Source: an uncultured Chloroflexia bacterium (GTDB lineage Bacteria; Chloroflexota; Chloroflexia; Thermomicrobiales; UBA6265). From it: a DNA stretch of 64,000 bases. Shown piece after piece: positions 61,472 to 64,000 of this stretch. The position numbers and the translations under genes are program-made. Every line of letters starts with the position of its first letter. Positions within the stretch are counted from its first letter, which is position 1. The stretch spans positions 460,909-524,908 of the forward strand of contig CAVXMK010000010.1 of the NCBI GenBank assembly GCA_963762985.1, in the 5' to 3' direction. The notes under the pieces are model-generated. The model did no database searches. It was not told the origin of the DNA and saw only the letters and a program-made list of their open reading frames with translations.

Positions 61472-62107
61472 ATGGAGGCTACGGTGGCCATGCCGGCCAG
61501 CGACGAGGGCGGGCCGATGCCCGACCTCATCGAAGCGAGCGATGCCGACTTGATCGGCCGCGCCGCGCAGGGCGAGGCCCGCGCGCTGGAGGTCTTGTAC
61601 GACCGATATTCGGGCGTGGTGTTCTCCTTTGCCTTGAGGATCGTCGGTGATCGACCCCTCGCGGAGGAGATTCTGCAGGAGGCGTTTTTTCGCGCCTGGC
61701 AGCAGGGTGGGAATTTCAGTGCCGGTCGCGGCACGTTCATCACCTGGTTGCTGAGCATCACGCACAACCTGTCGATCGACGAGATCCGGCGTCGCCGCCG
61801 GCGGCCACAGAAGGCGGATAGCGAAGAGCCAGAGCAGGTACTGGCGGCGGTGGCGGACACTGGCGCCGGGGCCGATGTCGAAGACGAGGTCTGGCTCGGG
61901 GCATTGCGAGAGACGATTGGCGAGGCGCTGGCACAGTTGCCGCCAGCGCAGCGTGAAGCAATCGAAATGGCGTACTTCCGGGGGTTGACCCAGCGCGAGA
62001 TTGCCGAATCGCTGGGGGAACCGTTGGGAACGATCAAGACGAGGATGCGGTTGGGTTTGCAGAAACTCAAAGACGCCCTCGGGAGTGACGGAGCACAGTT
62101 GTCGTGA
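61472..62107 (+). CDS. ECF-type sigma-70 family RNA polymerase sigma factor
   Basis: Region 2 (LYDRYSGVVFSFALRIVGDRPLAEEILQEAFFRAW...FITWLLSITHNLSIDEIRR) and region 4 (LPPAQREAIEMAYFRGLTQREIAESLGEPLGTIKTRMRLGLQKL). Confidence 0.88.
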   Translation: MEATVAMPASDEGGPMPDLIEASDADLIGRAAQGEARALEVLYDRYSGVVFSFALRIVGDRPLAEEILQEAFFRAWQQGGNFSAGRGTFITWLLSITHNLSIDEIRRRRRRPQKADSEEPEQVLAAVADTGAGADVEDEVWLGALRETIGEALAQLPPAQREAIEMAYFRGLTQREIAESLGEPLGTIKTRMRLGLQKLKDALGSDGAQLS

Positions 62108-63078
62108 GCGACGCGCACGGTCAACACCAACAGAGCGGTCGCCGCTCGTACCGGATCTCTGGTGTGGGCGAGTGGTCTGCGCTACCGTCTCCAACGTCGA
62201 TCGGGCATGTCGAGGATTTGATCCCCGGCTATGTTCTGGGCGCGCTGGACGCGGCAGAGTTCTCCGCCGTCGATACTCACGTGCGCGTTTGCCCGTCGTG
62301 CGAGCGCTCGCTCGCCGAGGCGCAGCGCACGGTCGGCATGCTCCCCTTCACCGTTCCCATGTACACCCCGTCCATCGACACCAAGATTGCCTTGTTCTCC
62401 CGCGTCTCCCATATGCAGAAGGCGGCCACGGCCGCGGCGCTTCCCACGGCGAATGTCGACGTATTCCGGACACCGACGCTCCCCAGGTCGGCCTTCCAGG
62501 ATCTGGCGCCTGCCGCGCCGGCTGGGGCCGCTTCTCAAGGGGGGGAGCGGCGCGATTCCAAGTTCGGCTGGCTCGCCTCCGCGATTTCGCTGCCGCTGCT
62601 GGTAGCCCTCATTGCCACCGGCTTCTGGGGCATCCAGATGCGCGACCAACTTTCGACGCAGGATGCCCAGCTCGCCGATCTGCAATCGGAGTTCGCGAAC
62701 TTCGCCTCCGGCACGACGTCCTATCCCCTCTCGCCCGGCTTCGACGCGCCGATGGCCGAGGGCCAGGTCGTAATGGGCGCCAACCAGCGCGACGGTCTCC
62801 TGCAGATCGACGTCAACAGCAAGGATGGACCGCGGTCCTACGAGTTCTTCGTCAACCAGGACGGAAATCTCATCCCCGCCGGCGAAGTGACCGTCAACGC
62901 CGAAGGCCAGGGCCAGATGCGCATCGAGCTCGACCAGCCCTTCGGCGAGTACGAAAGCGTCCACATCAGGGCCAAGCCCGTCGACGCCTCGATCTCCGAT
63001 GAAAGCCTGGACACGCTCGTCCGCAACAGCGAGGGCCCGCTGGGCTCGACCGGCTCCGGCCTGGACATCGGCACTTAG
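62104..63078 (+). CDS. Anti-sigma factor (zf-HC2 N-terminus, single TM, extracytoplasmic RskA-like domain)
   Basis: The GTG overlaps the sigma factor stop (GTGA). It has HVEDLIPGYVLGALDAAEFSAVDTHVRVCPSCERSLAE (H-x3-C-x2-C), the TM segment WLASAISLPLLVALIATGFWGI, and a C-terminal domain. Confidence 0.8.
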   Translation: MSDAHGQHQQSGRRSYRISGVGEWSALPSPTSIGHVEDLIPGYVLGALDAAEFSAVDTHVRVCPSCERSLAEAQRTVGMLPFTVPMYTPSIDTKIALFSRVSHMQKAATAAALPTANVDVFRTPTLPRSAFQDLAPAAPAGAASQGGERRDSKFGWLASAISLPLLVALIATGFWGIQMRDQLSTQDAQLADLQSEFANFASGTTSYPLSPGFDAPMAEGQVVMGANQRDGLLQIDVNSKDGPRSYEFFVNQDGNLIPAGEVTVNAEGQGQMRIELDQPFGEYESVHIRAKPVDASISDESLDTLVRNSEGPLGSTGSGLDIGT

Positions 63079-63090
63079 CACCCGAATCAG

Positions 63091-63128
63091 CCTCACCCCA
63101 ACCCCTCTCTCGACCCACGGGAGAGGGG
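63091..63128. repeat. REP type 1 unit in reverse orientation (CCTCACCCCAACCCCTCTCTCGACCCACGGGAGAGGGG)
   Basis: Its reverse complement is CCCCTCTCCC-GTGGGTCGA-GAGAGGGGTTGGGGTGAGG, the same consensus as 29732-29774. Confidence 0.7.
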
Positions 63129-63152
63129 TTCACTGTTTTCATAGCCCACAGC

Positions 63153-63315
63153 CTAGCGGTACTTTGTCGGCATGCAGCCCAGGCGAGTGAGGTGGACATC
63201 GAACCGTGCTCCGGATGCCTCGAACTGGCGGACATCGACGAAATTCCGGACAGACGTGCCGCACCGCACCCGACCTTCTCCCACCTCGTCATGTCGTCAA
63301 CAAAGTACCGCTAGT
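63153..63315. repeat. 163-bp segment bounded by a 15-bp perfect inverted repeat (CTAGCGGTACTTTGT / ACAAAGTACCGCTAG)
   Basis: The right repeat abuts the point where the IS1182-like transposase reading frame breaks off. It may be a MITE-like insertion or an IS terminus. No ORF inside. Confidence 0.4.
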
Positions 63316-63848
63316 AAGCGAAGGCGTCGCAGGCTGTGCCACGCCTTCCCCTCGGCGAAGAATGGCTCGACCCAGACCTTCCGCTTGCGCATCGCCTTCT
63401 GATACGCCTCGGTGGCATGGTAGCTCCGGACCTTCTCCAGGTCCGTCGCGTAAAAGGAGCGCTGGATGGTGCGGCCGTGCTCAGCGTCGGTACAGGCCGC
63501 CCTGACCGGGCAGGTGTTGCAAGTGGTGGCGCCACCTCGATAGACGACAACCTCCTCGGTGTGCTTGGCCCGATAGCGCGGCAGCGGCTGGCCCTCGGGA
63601 CACCGATACGCATCCCGCTCCGCGTCGTAGGTGAACTTGTCCCGCTCGTAGTACGAGGTCCGATGCTCGAAGTCGGGTAAGGGAACGTAGGCGCGGATGC
63701 CGGCGACCTCGATGGCGACGACGTTCTCGGTGGTCCCGTACTTGGCATCCCCGGTGACATGGTGGGGCCGCAGCTTTCGCCGGAAGCAGACCCGCTATAG
63801 GAGATCTAGCATTGCCTGGTTCTCCATGACATCCGCCGGGGTCACTAA
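63316..63848 (-). pseudogene. Fragment of an IS5/IS1182-type DDE transposase: truncated at both ends, in-frame TAG near 63796
   Basis: The minus frame reads VTPADVMENQAMLDLL*RVCFRRKLRPHHVTGDAKYGTTENVVAIEVAGIRAYVPLPDFEHRTSYYERDKFTYDAERDAYRCPEGQPL...CNTCPVRAACTDAEHGRTIQRSFY...RKVWVEPFFAEGKAWHSLRRLRL and then breaks. It is not in the ORF track as a single ORF. Confidence 0.7.
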
Positions 63849-64000
63849 GACCGTGTTGCAAAACCGGAGTGGGGTGGCATGATGCCTGTCCATGAACACT
63901 TCAAACCTTGTCCCCAACGACCTCTGGGAAGCCATCGAACCGCTGCTTCCAGAGCAACCTTCAAAGCCGCAGGGTGGCCGCCCTCGGATCCCGGATTGTG
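63849..64000 (+). mobile_element. Left end of an IS5-family (IS427/IS1031-like) element that runs off the window, inserted into the older transposase gene
   Basis: GACCGTGTTGCAAAACC directly after TAA resembles the terminal repeat/TNA target of this group. The orfA start follows at 63892. Confidence 0.55.
63892..64000 (+). CDS. IS5-family transposase OrfA N-terminus (partial; continues beyond the window)
   Basis: MNTSNLVPNDLWEAIEPLLPEQPSKPQGGRPRIPDC matches the conserved L.D.LW..I.PLLP......GGRPR..DR opening of IS5/IS427-group transposases. Confidence 0.75.
   Translation, partial: MNTSNLVPNDLWEAIEPLLPEQPSKPQGGRPRIPDC

Overview
High-GC (roughly two-thirds G+C by eye) bacterial chromosomal window. 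The gene content and intergenic repeats look Chloroflexota/Thermomicrobia-like, but that is inference only. It is mostly core and sugar metabolism. Left to right: an HTH-GAF regulator divergent from hyi-garR; hemH; a DAO-type flavoprotein; an SDR epimerase; a yqhA-like gene whose 3' end carries an IS4/IS701-like insertion; pgi coupled to an HcnAB/opine-oxidase-like 2Fe-2S/flavoprotein set; a class III aminotransferase; a CxxC zinc-ribbon gene; pepF; eno; a T-box leader with pheS-pheT; hisD; ruvA, an amidohydrolase and PP2C; an LprG-like lipoprotein with a P55-like MFS pump; three FGGY kinases with a DhnA/LsrF-type aldolase; a GNAT plus N-succinylamino-acid racemase pair; a small block of secreted proteins (Gly-rich repeat protein, NTF2-like protein, META domain, cupredoxin with a sortase-like tail); a GH15 glucoamylase; an excisionase-like HTH; an O-methyltransferase; a second MFS pump; DUF1269; an 11.5-kb minus-strand sugar operon (ABC transporter, GH88, crotonase, gamma-subunit-GMC oxidoreductase, CoA-transferase, Gfo/Idh/MocA, unknown secreted protein); folC; an ECF sigma/anti-sigma pair; and nested IS debris at the right edge. 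I found no rRNA, tRNA or CRISPR array by eye. The dominant non-annotation signal is about 35 single-base frameshifts. About 90% are +1 insertions, they hit essential genes (eno, pheS, pheT, hisD), and they cluster heavily at 48-59.6 kb. This is most simply explained as consensus sequence error, but it needs checking. Other points worth a second look are the unusual composition of the 48-59.6 kb operon, several intergenic repeat (REP-like) families, the Gly-rich secreted protein, the MPRTG-tailed cupredoxin, LprG-P55 synteny, and two ~600-bp regions with no convincing gene. All similarity statements come from reading the translations by eye; no database search was run.
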